From positions 2,982-66,981 of the forward strand of contig CATMWH010000001.1 of NCBI GenBank assembly GCA_950079155.1: 64,000 nt of DNA. The letters are read 5' to 3'. The notes under the pieces were generated by a model. The model was given only the letters and a program-made list of their open reading frames with translations. It made no database searches and was not told the DNA's origin. The translations under genes and the position numbers were made by a program. Shown here in pieces: positions 27,081-36,109 of the stretch. Within the stretch, counting starts at the first letter, position 1. Each line of letters opens with the position of its first letter. The DNA comes from an uncultured Christensenella sp. Its GTDB lineage: Bacteria > Bacillota > Clostridia > Christensenellales > UBA3700.

Positions 27081-27143
27081 AAATATCGGAATATAATTCG
27101 TATGTCTTGTCCAAAATACTAATATACGATAAGGAGGAGAGAT

Positions 27144-27500
27144 ATGTTTTATCAAGATGTACCGTATGTAAATTACGTTCAGCAGGACGCGGCGTTGGCA
27201 AAGCAAGGCATAGAACTGATTTTATCGCAAAATCAGCAGATAGACAGTTGCAGCGTATTGATTTGGGGTAATAAACTTTTAGTTGGAGTATTGCCTCATC
27301 CGCTCTATAGCAGAACACAACGCGAGGCGTTGAAGACGAGTATAATTTCCGATATAAATGACGTTTACGGATTTGAGGAAATTTTAGTGTCATTTGATAT
27401 GGATATACTTTACGAGATAAATAAGTTGAATAAATGCGATTCAGTCAAAGACGAAGATATGTCAAAATTATTCTATTCCGTCAAAGTAAGAAGAAATTAA
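27144..27500 (+). CDS. Hypothetical protein (weak YhcN/YlaJ-like resemblance, no signal peptide)
   Basis: 118 aa with a strong RBS aaggagga. The pattern is only loosely similar to YhcN/YlaJ. Confidence 0.5.
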   Translation: MFYQDVPYVNYVQQDAALAKQGIELILSQNQQIDSCSVLIWGNKLLVGVLPHPLYSRTQREALKTSIISDINDVYGFEEILVSFDMDILYEINKLNKCDSVKDEDMSKLFYSVKVRRN

Positions 27501-27580
27501 GTCAAAATTAAAATGCGGTCGATTGTCAAGTAAAATTCTTTGAAAAACCTTGTATAATCGACCGTATTTTTGGTTTATTG

Positions 27581-28201
27581 TCAAGTTTGCTTACTATCTC
27601 TATTTATTTTTAATAGCGAACTCAATGGTTTGGCTATTATTACGGCAATTATGCTTATGACTACGCATTTCAAAAATGTATACGGCGTATTAAATATAGC
27701 AAGTACTTCCCAAAGTCCGTTGGCTGAAGGACGGATTTGCTTATACATTCCGATTATTGCCGTCATTGGCAATATAAATTTGTCATATAGAGGATATACG
27801 ACGATTGCGTTGAACACTAATCCCGACAGCAACGCGGAAGATACGCAACCGACAATAAGTCCGACAGTCATACCTTTGAAGTTGGAGAATTTCTTATATA
27901 TCAGTCCTGAGGGCAAAATAAAGCACATACAGGTAAAGAAATCTGCCAAATCGCCGATGCCGCCGGTAGCGCCTGCGCCTTTAATTATAAGGTGAATCAG
28001 ATCTTTTACGACGGTAATCACAATACCGCTCAAAGGTCCAAGCGCAATATTGCCTATAAATATGGGGAGCATTGAGAAATCGAATTGGATAAATGCCGGC
28101 ATAAGAGGCACGGGCATTTCCAAAAAGTACAGAACGCTTGCCATTGCCGATAATATGGCAGTAAGAGCAAGCCACTTGCTTCTAGAAACTGTTTTTGTCA
28201 T
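27581..28201 (-). CDS. ribU: ECF transporter S component, riboflavin-type (RibU-like)
   Basis: 206-aa membrane protein (ALTAILSAMASVLYFLEMPV ... QFDFSMLPIFIG) located directly downstream of an FMN riboswitch. Confidence 0.85.
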   Translation of the reverse strand: MTKTVSRSKWLALTAILSAMASVLYFLEMPVPLMPAFIQFDFSMLPIFIGNIALGPLSGIVITVVKDLIHLIIKGAGATGGIGDLADFFTCMCFILPSGLIYKKFSNFKGMTVGLIVGCVSSALLSGLVFNAIVVYPLYDKFILPMTAIIGMYKQIRPSANGLWEVLAIFNTPYTFLKCVVISIIAVIIAKPLSSLLKINRDSKQT

Positions 28202-28210
28202 TTTAGTTAT

Positions 28211-28335
28211 CCTTTTCCTATCCAGACTTTACTGTCGGTACAAGAATTTCACTTGTTCGGCGCTGTATATTAGATTTGCAGCGTTTGCGGACTTTACCGC
28301 CGGTGAGGAATTTCACCTGCCCTCAAAGAATTATT
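28211..28335 (-). promoter_or_regulatory. FMN riboswitch (RFN element)
   Basis: The reverse complement reads ttctttgagggcaggtgaaattcctcaccggcggtaaagtccgcaaac...gccgaacaagtgaaattcttgtaccgacagtaaagtctggataggaaaagg. This matches the conserved RFN core blocks GGGCAGGUGAAAUUCC, ACCGGCGGUAAAGUCCGC and CCGACAGUAAAGUCUGGAU. The 3' end abuts the RBS. Confidence 0.9.
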
Positions 28336-28344
28336 GTTGAGACA

Positions 28345-28373
28345 ATTATAAATCTATTGCAAAAACTTGTCAA
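28345..28373 (-). promoter_or_regulatory. Consensus sigma-A-type promoter for the FMN riboswitch-ribU transcript
   Basis: On the minus strand: TTGACA (28368-28373), a 17-nt spacer, then TATAAT (28345-28350). Confidence 0.65.
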
Positions 28374-28385
28374 CTAATATATAAT
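28357..28385 (+). promoter_or_regulatory. Putative promoter for tsaE, overlapping the divergent ribU promoter
   Basis: TTGCAA (28357-28362), a 17-nt spacer, then TATAAT (28380-28385). Confidence 0.55.
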
Positions 28386-28435
28386 GAATATGCAAAAATC
28401 TATCGGGACGCATTATATTGCGATTTTTAATTAGT

Positions 28436-28894
28436 ATGGACAAAATAGTAAATAATAATGGGGTAGTTGAGTACTGTTCTCACGGATTGGAAGATACTGC
28501 TTATCTTGCGCAAAAGATTGCGGAGCGTCTCAATGGCGGGGAAGTGATATTACTCAACGGTCAACTCGGCGCGGGAAAGACGGCATTTACAAAGTGTCTT
28601 GCAAAGAGTCTCGGGGTTAAGGAGACTGTGACGTCTCCTACGTTTGCTTTTATGAAAGAGTATGACGGAAGACTTCCTCTTTATCATTTTGATTTGTATA
28701 GAGTTGTTGAAGAAGACGAGTTGTACGAGTTGGGATTAAATGAATATCTATATATGGACGGCGTCTGCGTTGTGGAGTGGAACAAATTTGACGATGTGCC
28801 TGACCCTATAATTATCGACGTGACGACTATTGACGATTCTCTTAATGGCTGCGACAGATTGTTTAGAATACGCGGGATTGATTTGAATCTGTAG
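28436..28894 (+). CDS. tsaE: tRNA t6A37 biosynthesis ATPase TsaE
   Basis: P-loop GQLGAGKTAFTK plus SPTFAF and HFDLYR motifs. I prefer the ATG at 28436 over the TTG at 28418. Confidence 0.85.
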   Translation: MDKIVNNNGVVEYCSHGLEDTAYLAQKIAERLNGGEVILLNGQLGAGKTAFTKCLAKSLGVKETVTSPTFAFMKEYDGRLPLYHFDLYRVVEEDELYELGLNEYLYMDGVCVVEWNKFDDVPDPIIIDVTTIDDSLNGCDRLFRIRGIDLNL

Positions 28895-29194
28895 CCTTTG
28901 TTTATTTTTAGAGGTAGGCAGTATGTAGATATGCCGGCGAAAGGCTTTGAAGCCAACGCGTATGTTCTGATGAGTGGGCGGCAATGGCGCAAGGAGGCGG
29001 ACCTGTCGATAAAAAATTGAGATTTATTATCGTCTTGCTATAAGTCAGCAAGTCTTACTTGATATGATATATTTCTCAATTAAGTTAAAATGTATTCTTA
29101 TTTAGTTTGATTTTTAGAATTATTCTATAAAATTAACTAAATTAGAGTAAAAATATTAAAAAATATATCAAATGATTATATAAGGAAAATTGCG

Positions 29195-29800
29195 ATGAAA
29201 ATTTTGGCAGTAGATACCGCTTGGGATAGTATGGTTGTGGCTTTGAGTGTAGACGGTAAGATTTACAGTGAGACAAGTCTTGACGGCGCAAAAAAACATA
29301 ACTCTTTAATTCTCCCGATGATAGATAGATTGCTTGATAAGGCGGGCATTAAAATCAGCGAAGTGGACAACTTTGCCGCTGTGGTCGGTCCCGGGTCTTT
29401 TACCGGTATACGAATCGGAGTGTCGACCGTAAATGCGCTGGCTTTTGCGTGCAATAAAAACAGCGTGGCAATAAATGCGCTTGAGGAGATTGCGTATTAT
29501 TGCGCTTATAAAGAATTCTATACTGCGATAGATTGCAGGCATAATTGTTATTATTACGGAAAATTCAACGGCGGGTTTGACAATATGGTAAGTATGGGCG
29601 AGATTTCCGCAACTGAACTTGATGAGGCGAAGTGCCGAGTGTTAAAGAAGACTTTGCCGTCCGATCCCAACGCTTTGATTGAGATAGCCAAGTCAAAAAT
29701 TGCTAAAGGCGAAACTGGCGCGTTGGCGCCGCTTTATCTCAAAAAGTCGCAGGCGGAAAGAGAATATGAAGCAAGAAATATGGACAAAACGGATATATAA
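29195..29800 (+). CDS. tsaB: tRNA t6A37 biosynthesis protein TsaB
   Basis: 201 aa. MKILAVDTA ... VVGPGSFTGIRIGVSTVNALA. Confidence 0.85.
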   Translation: MKILAVDTAWDSMVVALSVDGKIYSETSLDGAKKHNSLILPMIDRLLDKAGIKISEVDNFAAVVGPGSFTGIRIGVSTVNALAFACNKNSVAINALEEIAYYCAYKEFYTAIDCRHNCYYYGKFNGGFDNMVSMGEISATELDEAKCRVLKKTLPSDPNALIEIAKSKIAKGETGALAPLYLKKSQAEREYEARNMDKTDI

Positions 29801-29805
29801 TTTGT

Positions 29806-30249
29806 ATGGATAATTTACGTTTTCAAAATCTGTCAGATGAATTTTGCAAGCAGGTCTTTGATATCGAGAGGGCTGGCATAGACGAACCTTGGACTTTAAA
29901 TCAAATTTGCGCTCTTGTATCCGATAAAAATGTCGTTGCTCGAATAGGCGTTGCTGACGGAGAAGTGATTTGTTATTACAGTTTTTACGATATTTGCAAT
30001 GAGGGGAATGTCAATAATCTGGCGGTTAAAGAGGATTATAGAGGTAAAGGCATAGGTGATTTGCTGATTGAAGATATGATTAAAGTTGCTAAAGACAAAA
30101 AATTATCTGCAATCACGCTGGAAGTCAACGAAAAAAATTCTGTAGCCATAGCATTGTACTGTAAGTACGGTTTTATAACCGAAGGTAAGCGAAACAGGTT
30201 TTACGGCGGCAAAGACGATGCGCTTATTATGTGGAAGCGAGATATATAA
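29806..30249 (+). CDS. rimI: Ribosomal-protein-alanine N-acetyltransferase RimI (GNAT)
   Basis: 147 aa. GNAT motif A, VKEDYRGKGIGDLLIE. Conserved position after tsaB. Confidence 0.8.
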   Translation: MDNLRFQNLSDEFCKQVFDIERAGIDEPWTLNQICALVSDKNVVARIGVADGEVICYYSFYDICNEGNVNNLAVKEDYRGKGIGDLLIEDMIKVAKDKKLSAITLEVNEKNSVAIALYCKYGFITEGKRNRFYGGKDDALIMWKRDI

Positions 30250-30370
30250 TATTTAATTGTTGTATTGTTTTACATTTTTCAACATTTTTTGATATTTTTG
30301 TGTTTTTATTGACCGATTATGCATATTTATATCATATAAGCAATTTTAATGCTTATTCGAGGTGGTAATT

Positions 30371-31066
30371 ATGCTCAATCACATTATGCTCGGACAGGGG
30401 CAAGATATTATTTTCTTGCACGGTTGGGGTGGAAGCATTGATAGTTTCAGAGGCGTAGGCGAGTATTTTTCGGTTAAATTTCGCTGTACGCTAGTTGATT
30501 TTTACGGTTTTGGCGATTCGCCTTTGCCGGGCGTGATGACGCTTGAAGATTACGCCGACGGAATTGAGGAGATTATAGAAAATTATGCAATGAATGAAGT
30601 TGTTCTTGTCGGACATTCTTTCGGTGGACGCGTTGCGATGCTTTTGGCGAGCCGTAATAATAAGATTAAAAGTATTGTTTTGGTTGACAGCGCAGGGTTG
30701 AAACCTAGGTTTTCTATTAAAAAGTTTTGCAAAAAGATTTCGTATAAGTTTAAGAAACTTCTAAAAATGGACGTAAGCAAGTGCGGATCCGCCGATTATC
30801 GCAAGTTGAGCGGGGATATGAGAGAGACTTTTAAAAATATTGTTAATTTCCATCTGGATTACTGCCTTGAGGATATAAAATGTTCTACGTTGATAATATG
30901 GGGAAAACGTGATAAAGATACTCCTCCATATATGGCAAGGAGGCTGCAAAGACGCATATATAATAGTGGACTTGTATTTTTGAAGGGAGGACATTATAGT
31001 TATTTGGATTGTTACGGACAATTTTTGGCAATTTTAAATAGTTATTTTGGTGATTTATGCAGATAG
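30371..31066 (+). CDS. Alpha/beta-fold hydrolase
   Basis: ATG at 30371 lies behind gaggtgg. Contains HGWGG and the nucleophile elbow GHSFGG. Overlaps the murF start by 10 nt. Confidence 0.8.
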   Translation: MLNHIMLGQGQDIIFLHGWGGSIDSFRGVGEYFSVKFRCTLVDFYGFGDSPLPGVMTLEDYADGIEEIIENYAMNEVVLVGHSFGGRVAMLLASRNNKIKSIVLVDSAGLKPRFSIKKFCKKISYKFKKLLKMDVSKCGSADYRKLSGDMRETFKNIVNFHLDYCLEDIKCSTLIIWGKRDKDTPPYMARRLQRRIYNSGLVFLKGGHYSYLDCYGQFLAILNSYFGDLCR

Positions 31067-32670
31067 CGGTGATTTTAATAACTGAGTTGATTTATTGTAT
31101 TTTGGCAGTTGCGCTGTCATTGCGAATAATAAATCTGGTTCAGTTAGAAGGATACAAAGTAGTAAATTCTAAAAAAATGAAAAATATTCGTCTGAAATTG
31201 TATGGTTCGGCGATATGTGTCACGCTTTGCAACGCTATTTTTGCCTTTATATCAGTTCATATCGGCAATTACTATCTTCAACTTATATCACAAGGGCTGT
31301 TTGTTGTAGTATTGTTGGTAAGTTTAACAGACGAAAGGGATAAATGTTCCCATCAGCCTCTAGTATATACTGCAAGAGCAAAGAGGCTTATAGCGTCCTA
31401 TGCGTTGTTGATAGCAATATTTATTTTTACCGTTGGCTACTTGGGGCACATAATAAATATTAACGGCACAAATTTATCATTTATATTTATCCCGTTTATA
31501 TTTGCTCTATTGCCTGAAATTGTAGCGCTGACATTGATAGTAAATAAACCTATTGAGCAGAAAATTGCAAGAAAGTATATCAAAAAATGTTCACAAACGC
31601 TGCAAAATTCCGACATTATTAAAATCGGAATTACGGGAAGTTACGGTAAGACTACTGTAAAAAACATACTGACTACAATTCTCAATCAAAAATATAACGC
31701 ATACTGCACGCCGAGTAACTATAATACGCCGCTTGGAATATGTAAAGCCGTCAATGATCTTCCCAAGGAATGTCAAATCTTTGTCGCAGAAATGGGCGCA
31801 AGGAAAGTGGGGGATATTAGAGAACTGTGTGATATCGTTAAGCCTACCTTCGGAATTATTACCGGAGTAGGATCTCAACATCTTGGCGCTTTTAAAAGTC
31901 AACAGAATATATACAGCACAAAAAAAGAACTAGCCGATTTTTTGCAGAGTGTCGATGGCGTGGCAGTGTTTAACGGCGAAAATAAATTTACTCGTCAAAT
32001 GTATGAGGAGTATGTCGGAGCGAGAAAGCGGGCAATATCAGGCGAATTGTTTTTGTCTTCTGAAGAAGATGCAAAAAAAGTATTTGTAAGCGACGTAGAA
32101 TGTGACAGTCAAGGGCTTAAATTTGTTTTGCATATCGGCGAAGAGTATAGGAATTGCAATTGCAAACTTATCGGCAGGCACAATCTTGAAAACATTTTGC
32201 TCTGTGTTCAACTTTGTGTAGATCTTCAATTGAACATTGTTCAAATTTCCGAAGGTATATCTCAGGTGGCACCTGTCGAGCATAGATTACAGACTATAGA
32301 ATTGCCCACCGGCATTACGATAATTGATGACAGCTATAATTCCAACGAAGAAGGCGCAAAACTTGCAGTTGAGACGCTTAATATGTTTAAAGGACGAAAA
32401 ATTGTGGCTACTCAAGGCATAGTTGAACTGGGATCGGAGCAACAGCGAGTTAATTTCGGATTGGGTGAAAGTATCGCGAGGGTAGCCGATATAGCCATTT
32501 TAATAGGCGTTAATCGGGAAGATATACGACTTGGAATGATTTCCGAAAACTATTGCGATAAAAATATATATTTGGTGGAGCATTTGGATAACGCTAAAGA
32601 ATTATTTAGCGCAATACTTAAGAGAGGTGACGTTTTGTTGCTTCAGAACGATTTGCCGGACAATTATTGA
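31057..32670 (+). CDS. murF: UDP-MurNAc-tripeptide--D-Ala-D-Ala ligase (MurF) with an atypical N-terminal roughly 165-aa five-span membrane region
   Basis: 537 aa. Mur ligase P-loop GITGSYGKTTVK at residues 191-202, then the central and C-terminal Mur ligase domains (DDSYNSN). Residues 1-165 are hydrophobic helices instead of the usual domain 1. ddl follows. Confidence 0.8.
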   Translation: MQIAVILITELIYCILAVALSLRIINLVQLEGYKVVNSKKMKNIRLKLYGSAICVTLCNAIFAFISVHIGNYYLQLISQGLFVVVLLVSLTDERDKCSHQPLVYTARAKRLIASYALLIAIFIFTVGYLGHIININGTNLSFIFIPFIFALLPEIVALTLIVNKPIEQKIARKYIKKCSQTLQNSDIIKIGITGSYGKTTVKNILTTILNQKYNAYCTPSNYNTPLGICKAVNDLPKECQIFVAEMGARKVGDIRELCDIVKPTFGIITGVGSQHLGAFKSQQNIYSTKKELADFLQSVDGVAVFNGENKFTRQMYEEYVGARKRAISGELFLSSEEDAKKVFVSDVECDSQGLKFVLHIGEEYRNCNCKLIGRHNLENILLCVQLCVDLQLNIVQISEGISQVAPVEHRLQTIELPTGITIIDDSYNSNEEGAKLAVETLNMFKGRKIVATQGIVELGSEQQRVNFGLGESIARVADIAILIGVNREDIRLGMISENYCDKNIYLVEHLDNAKELFSAILKRGDVLLLQNDLPDNY

Positions 32671-32748
32671 ACAATGTTCAGTCTGCTGAACTAATGACAA
32701 ATCAAATTGACGTTTTTTAGAGACAAAACATATTATCGGAGGTTTATA

Positions 32749-33885
32749 TTGAAAAATATAGCAATTATTTACGGCGGGGATTCTTGTGAAAGAGACATAT
32801 CCATCATCACTGCGTTGCAGGCTATCGAAGCAATAGACAGGAAAAAATATAATGTATTTCCAATTTACTGGAGCGATTGTTTTTATATCTTGGACGAGTA
32901 TAAAAATGTCGACTCTTATACGAGCGCCGGCGAGCCTAAAGGCAAAAAGGTATTTTTTCAGGAAGGCAACTTATATGCGTTGAAAAAAAACAAGTTTAAA
33001 CTAATCGGAGATATTCATTGCGCGTTGTTGTGCACTCACGGCGGCAAGGGGGAAAACGGCGCATTGCAAGGTTTCTTTGAAGTGCAGGGCATACCGTTTA
33101 CGTCTCCGTCGCATATTGCAAGCGGCATCGGTATGGATAAGGCGTTGTTTAAGATGATTTGCAAGAAATTGACGTTGCCAGTCTTGCCTTACGGAGTGGT
33201 CAACGAAAGTGACGCCGACGAAGTTTTGGAAAGAATAATAGAGAGATTGGGATTTCCGCTCATTGTCAAGCCCGCCAATCAAGGCTCGTCGATAGGAATA
33301 GGCGTTAGCAAAGATAGGGAGGAATTGAAAGAAAAACTTAAGACTGCGTTTTATTACGACAGCAAGGTTGTCGTGGAGAAGGCTTTAACTGACTTTAAGG
33401 AGATAAATTGCGCCTGCTTAAGAAAAAACGGCAAAATTTATCCGTCTACGCTTGAAGAGCCGGTGGGCTGGCAGGAGTTTTTGACATTTGAAGATAAGTA
33501 TATGTCGGGAGGAAAGGTCGCAAAGACAAGCGCAAAAAGAATTTTCCCTGCGCAAATAAGCGAAGCCGACAAGGTTAAGATACAGAGCGTTACGACAAAG
33601 ATATATCAGGCGTTGGGATGTAAGGGCATAGTAAGATGCGATTATCTTATAGATAATGCGAGCGAGTGCGTATATCTCAACGAAATCAATACTATTCCCG
33701 GCTCAATGGCGGGGTATTTGTATGAAGATAAGGGATTCTATCTCAAAGATATTCTTGATATTATAATAGAAGATGCGATTAAAGAGAGTAAGAACGCAAA
33801 ATCAGCAGGTTTTTCATCCAAAGTTTTGCAATATTACTCTAAAAATAAGGCAAATGCTTGCAAAGTGTCTGTGAAAAATGTATAA
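32749..33885 (+). CDS. ddl: D-alanine--D-alanine ligase
   Basis: TTG at 32749 lies 7 nt after ggagg (the track start at 32707 is less likely). IAIIYGGDSCERDIS, the ATP-grasp motif KPANQGSSIGI, and NEINTIPG. Confidence 0.85.
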   Translation: MKNIAIIYGGDSCERDISIITALQAIEAIDRKKYNVFPIYWSDCFYILDEYKNVDSYTSAGEPKGKKVFFQEGNLYALKKNKFKLIGDIHCALLCTHGGKGENGALQGFFEVQGIPFTSPSHIASGIGMDKALFKMICKKLTLPVLPYGVVNESDADEVLERIIERLGFPLIVKPANQGSSIGIGVSKDREELKEKLKTAFYYDSKVVVEKALTDFKEINCACLRKNGKIYPSTLEEPVGWQEFLTFEDKYMSGGKVAKTSAKRIFPAQISEADKVKIQSVTTKIYQALGCKGIVRCDYLIDNASECVYLNEINTIPGSMAGYLYEDKGFYLKDILDIIIEDAIKESKNAKSAGFSSKVLQYYSKNKANACKVSVKNV

Positions 33886-33964
33886 TCAAAAACGTAATTA
33901 TTCGCTGACTTTATAATATATCAGTATTATAATGTCATTGCGAAAATACTTTTTGGAGTACGTT

Positions 33965-35164
33965 ATGGAAAAAATCAAGATGACTACGCCTATAGTGGAA
34001 CTTGACGGCGATGAAATGACAAGACATATTTGGGCTTGGATAAAGGATATACTTATTAAGCCTTATGTAGATCTCAACAGCGAGTATTACGATTTGGGGC
34101 TTGTCAACAGAGAAAATACCAAAGATAAAGTTACGGTAGACGCCGCAAACGCTATCAAAAAATACGGCGTCGGCGTAAAGTGCGCTACTATAACGCCCAA
34201 CGCGCAGAGAGTAAAAGAATATAATCTCACTCAAATGTGGAAGAGTCCAAACGGCACGGTCAGAGCAATTCTCGACGGCACGGTCTTCAGGGCACCGATA
34301 ATGGTTAAGGGTATAACTCCATATATACCTACTTGGACTTCGCCCATCACCATTGCTCGTCACGCTTACGGTGATATATACAAGGACGTAGAAGGCTATG
34401 TCAAGAAGGGCGGAAGTGCAAAACTCGTCATCGAGGACGAAGACTGCAAGAGGGAAGTCGAGATTTTCGATTATGCCAAGACGTCGGGAGTCGTAATGGG
34501 TATGCATAATACCGACAAGAGTATATCTTCTTTTGCTCGCAGTTGTTTTAATTACGCATTGGACACAAAGCAGGATCTTTGGTTTGCGACAAAAGATACT
34601 ATATCAAAGACTTACGACCATAGATTTAAGGATATATTCCAAGAGATTTTCGACAATGAATACAAAGATAGATTCCAAAATGCAGGTATAGAGTATTTCT
34701 ATACGCTTATCGACGACGCGGTTGCGAGAGTAGTACGTTCCGGCGGCGGAATGATTTGGGCTTGCAAGAACTATGACGGCGACGTAATGAGCGATATGGT
34801 TGCGACTGCTTTCGGTTCGCTTGCAATGATGACGTCCGTCTTGGTTTCGCCAGACGGGAATTACGAATATGAGGCTGCGCACGGCACGGTAACAAGGCAT
34901 TATTATAAGTTCTTAAAGGGCGAAGAGACTTCAACGAATCCAGTAGCTACGATATTTGCTTGGTCGGGCGGACTTAGAAAGAGAGGTCAAATTGACGGAA
35001 TAAAGACGCTTGAGGAGTTTGCCGACAGATTAGACAAGGCTACGATAGATACGATAGAAGACGGCTATATGACCGGAGATCTTGCGGCAATCTATAAGGG
35101 AGATAAGCAAGTACATAAACTCAACACTGTGGATTTCTTAAAAGAAATTGCAAAAAAACTGTGA
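33965..35164 (+). CDS. icd: NADP-dependent isocitrate dehydrogenase (type II, eukaryote-like subfamily)
   Basis: About 400 aa starting at [20 protein letters not shown]. Contains [23 protein letters not shown] and HGTVTRHY. Confidence 0.9.
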   Translation: MEKIKMTTPIVELDGDEMTRHIWAWIKDILIKPYVDLNSEYYDLGLVNRENTKDKVTVDAANAIKKYGVGVKCATITPNAQRVKEYNLTQMWKSPNGTVRAILDGTVFRAPIMVKGITPYIPTWTSPITIARHAYGDIYKDVEGYVKKGGSAKLVIEDEDCKREVEIFDYAKTSGVVMGMHNTDKSISSFARSCFNYALDTKQDLWFATKDTISKTYDHRFKDIFQEIFDNEYKDRFQNAGIEYFYTLIDDAVARVVRSGGGMIWACKNYDGDVMSDMVATAFGSLAMMTSVLVSPDGNYEYEAAHGTVTRHYYKFLKGEETSTNPVATIFAWSGGLRKRGQIDGIKTLEEFADRLDKATIDTIEDGYMTGDLAAIYKGDKQVHKLNTVDFLKEIAKKL

Positions 35165-35189
35165 TAATATCGAATAAATAATACTGCAG

Positions 35190-35219
35190 ACGGCGCAAGT
35201 TTAAAATGCGCCGTTTTGT
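35190..35219 (+). terminator. Rho-independent terminator after icd
   Basis: Stem acggcgca (35190-35197) / tgcgccgt (35207-35214), followed by tttg. Confidence 0.7.
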
Positions 35220-35273
35220 ATTGCTGAAAATAGCGGAAACTTATGTGCGCTGTCGAAAAATATCGAGGGGATA

Positions 35274-35406
35274 TTATCCCATTTTATCCATATTTTTGGG
35301 GCGGTTAAAACGAAAAATAATAACAAAAAATCAACTCTAGCGGCATATTTTCAGACTTTTGGCAGTGTGGATAACTCAACTGCGATGTGGATAAGTATGT
35401 GGATAA
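35274..35406. promoter_or_regulatory. DnaA-box cluster
   Basis: Three perfect TGTGGATAA boxes (the complement of TTATCCACA) at 35366-35374, 35386-35394 and 35398-35406. Two opposite-orientation near-boxes: TTATCCCAT at 35274-35282 and TTATCCATA at 35284-35292. Confidence 0.7.
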
Positions 35407-35533
35407 GTGGTAAAAATGGGCATATATATGCGAAATTACGTCATATAGGGTATGTTGATAAAGCAATTAACCGTTTAGTCTATATTTAGAAAATCAAGCC
35501 GAAAAAATACAAAGATTTATATCGACAAAATCC

Positions 35534-35561
35534 TTGCAATTATATACAGTGATGTGATAAT
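35534..35561 (+). promoter_or_regulatory. Putative pur operon promoter
   Basis: TTGCAA (35534-35539), a 16-nt spacer, then tgtGATAAT (35556-35561). Confidence 0.45.
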
Positions 35562-35614
35562 ATATTGGTGTAATTTTATATTTTATATATTTAAACATTT
35601 AAGGAGTAGTTGTT

Positions 35615-36106
35615 ATGCCAAAAGCAGCGATAGTAATGGGAAGCGTAAGCGACCTTGACGTAGTAAAACCCACAATTGACATTCTCAAAAAATTTGACGT
35701 GGACGTGGAAGTTAGAGTAATATCTGCTCACCGCACTCCGCAAATGGCGCACGACTTTGCAAACAATGCAATTGAAAACAACATTGAAGTCATTATTTGC
35801 GCGGCGGGAAAGGCGGCTCATCTCGGCGGAGTAATAGCGGCTTATACGCCGTTGCCGGTGATTGGATTGCCAGTCAAGAGCTCGACGATGGATGGGCTTG
35901 ACTCTCTATTGTCAATGGTACAAATGCCGTCGGGTATTCCCGTGGCGTGCGTGGCTATCAACGGCGGACTTAACGCAGGTCTTCTTGCGATACAGATACT
36001 CTCCGTCAAATATCCAAATCTTATGAAAAAAATGCAAGACTACAAAAATAGTATGGCAGAAAAAATTAAAAGCGATGACGAAAAATTGCAAAAGGAGTTA
36101 AATTGA
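35615..36106 (+). CDS. purE: 5-(carboxyamino)imidazole ribonucleotide mutase / AIR carboxylase PurE
   Basis: 163 aa. MGSVSDLDV ... SAHRTP ... AAGKAAHLGGVIA. Confidence 0.95.
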   Translation: MPKAAIVMGSVSDLDVVKPTIDILKKFDVDVEVRVISAHRTPQMAHDFANNAIENNIEVIICAAGKAAHLGGVIAAYTPLPVIGLPVKSSTMDGLDSLLSMVQMPSGIPVACVAINGGLNAGLLAIQILSVKYPNLMKKMQDYKNSMAEKIKSDDEKLQKELN

Positions 36107-36109
36107 ATT

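Noticed and set aside
27570-27995. A 141-aa plus-strand ORF.
   Set aside because: It is antisense to the well-supported ribU gene, which has its own riboswitch, promoter and RBS.
28967-28974. A CUGAUGAG hammerhead-ribozyme-like core in the tsaE-tsaB spacer.
   Set aside because: There is no downstream GAAA core and no convincing stems I, II and III around it. An isolated 8-mer is expected by chance.
35307-35318. aaaacgaaaaat, which resembles a Bacillus PurR PurBox (AWWWCCGAACWWT).
   Set aside because: It is a single, imperfect half-site in AT-rich DNA without the inverted partner. It cannot be distinguished from chance.
35443-35485. A hairpin (atatag ... ctatat) in the pur leader that could be the P1 stem of a purine riboswitch.
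   Set aside because: The enclosed loop is only about 31 nt. It lacks the conserved junction and loop nucleotides (UAUAAU ... GGAUAUGGC ... CCGUAAAU ... GACUAUG). It is too small for the three-way junction.
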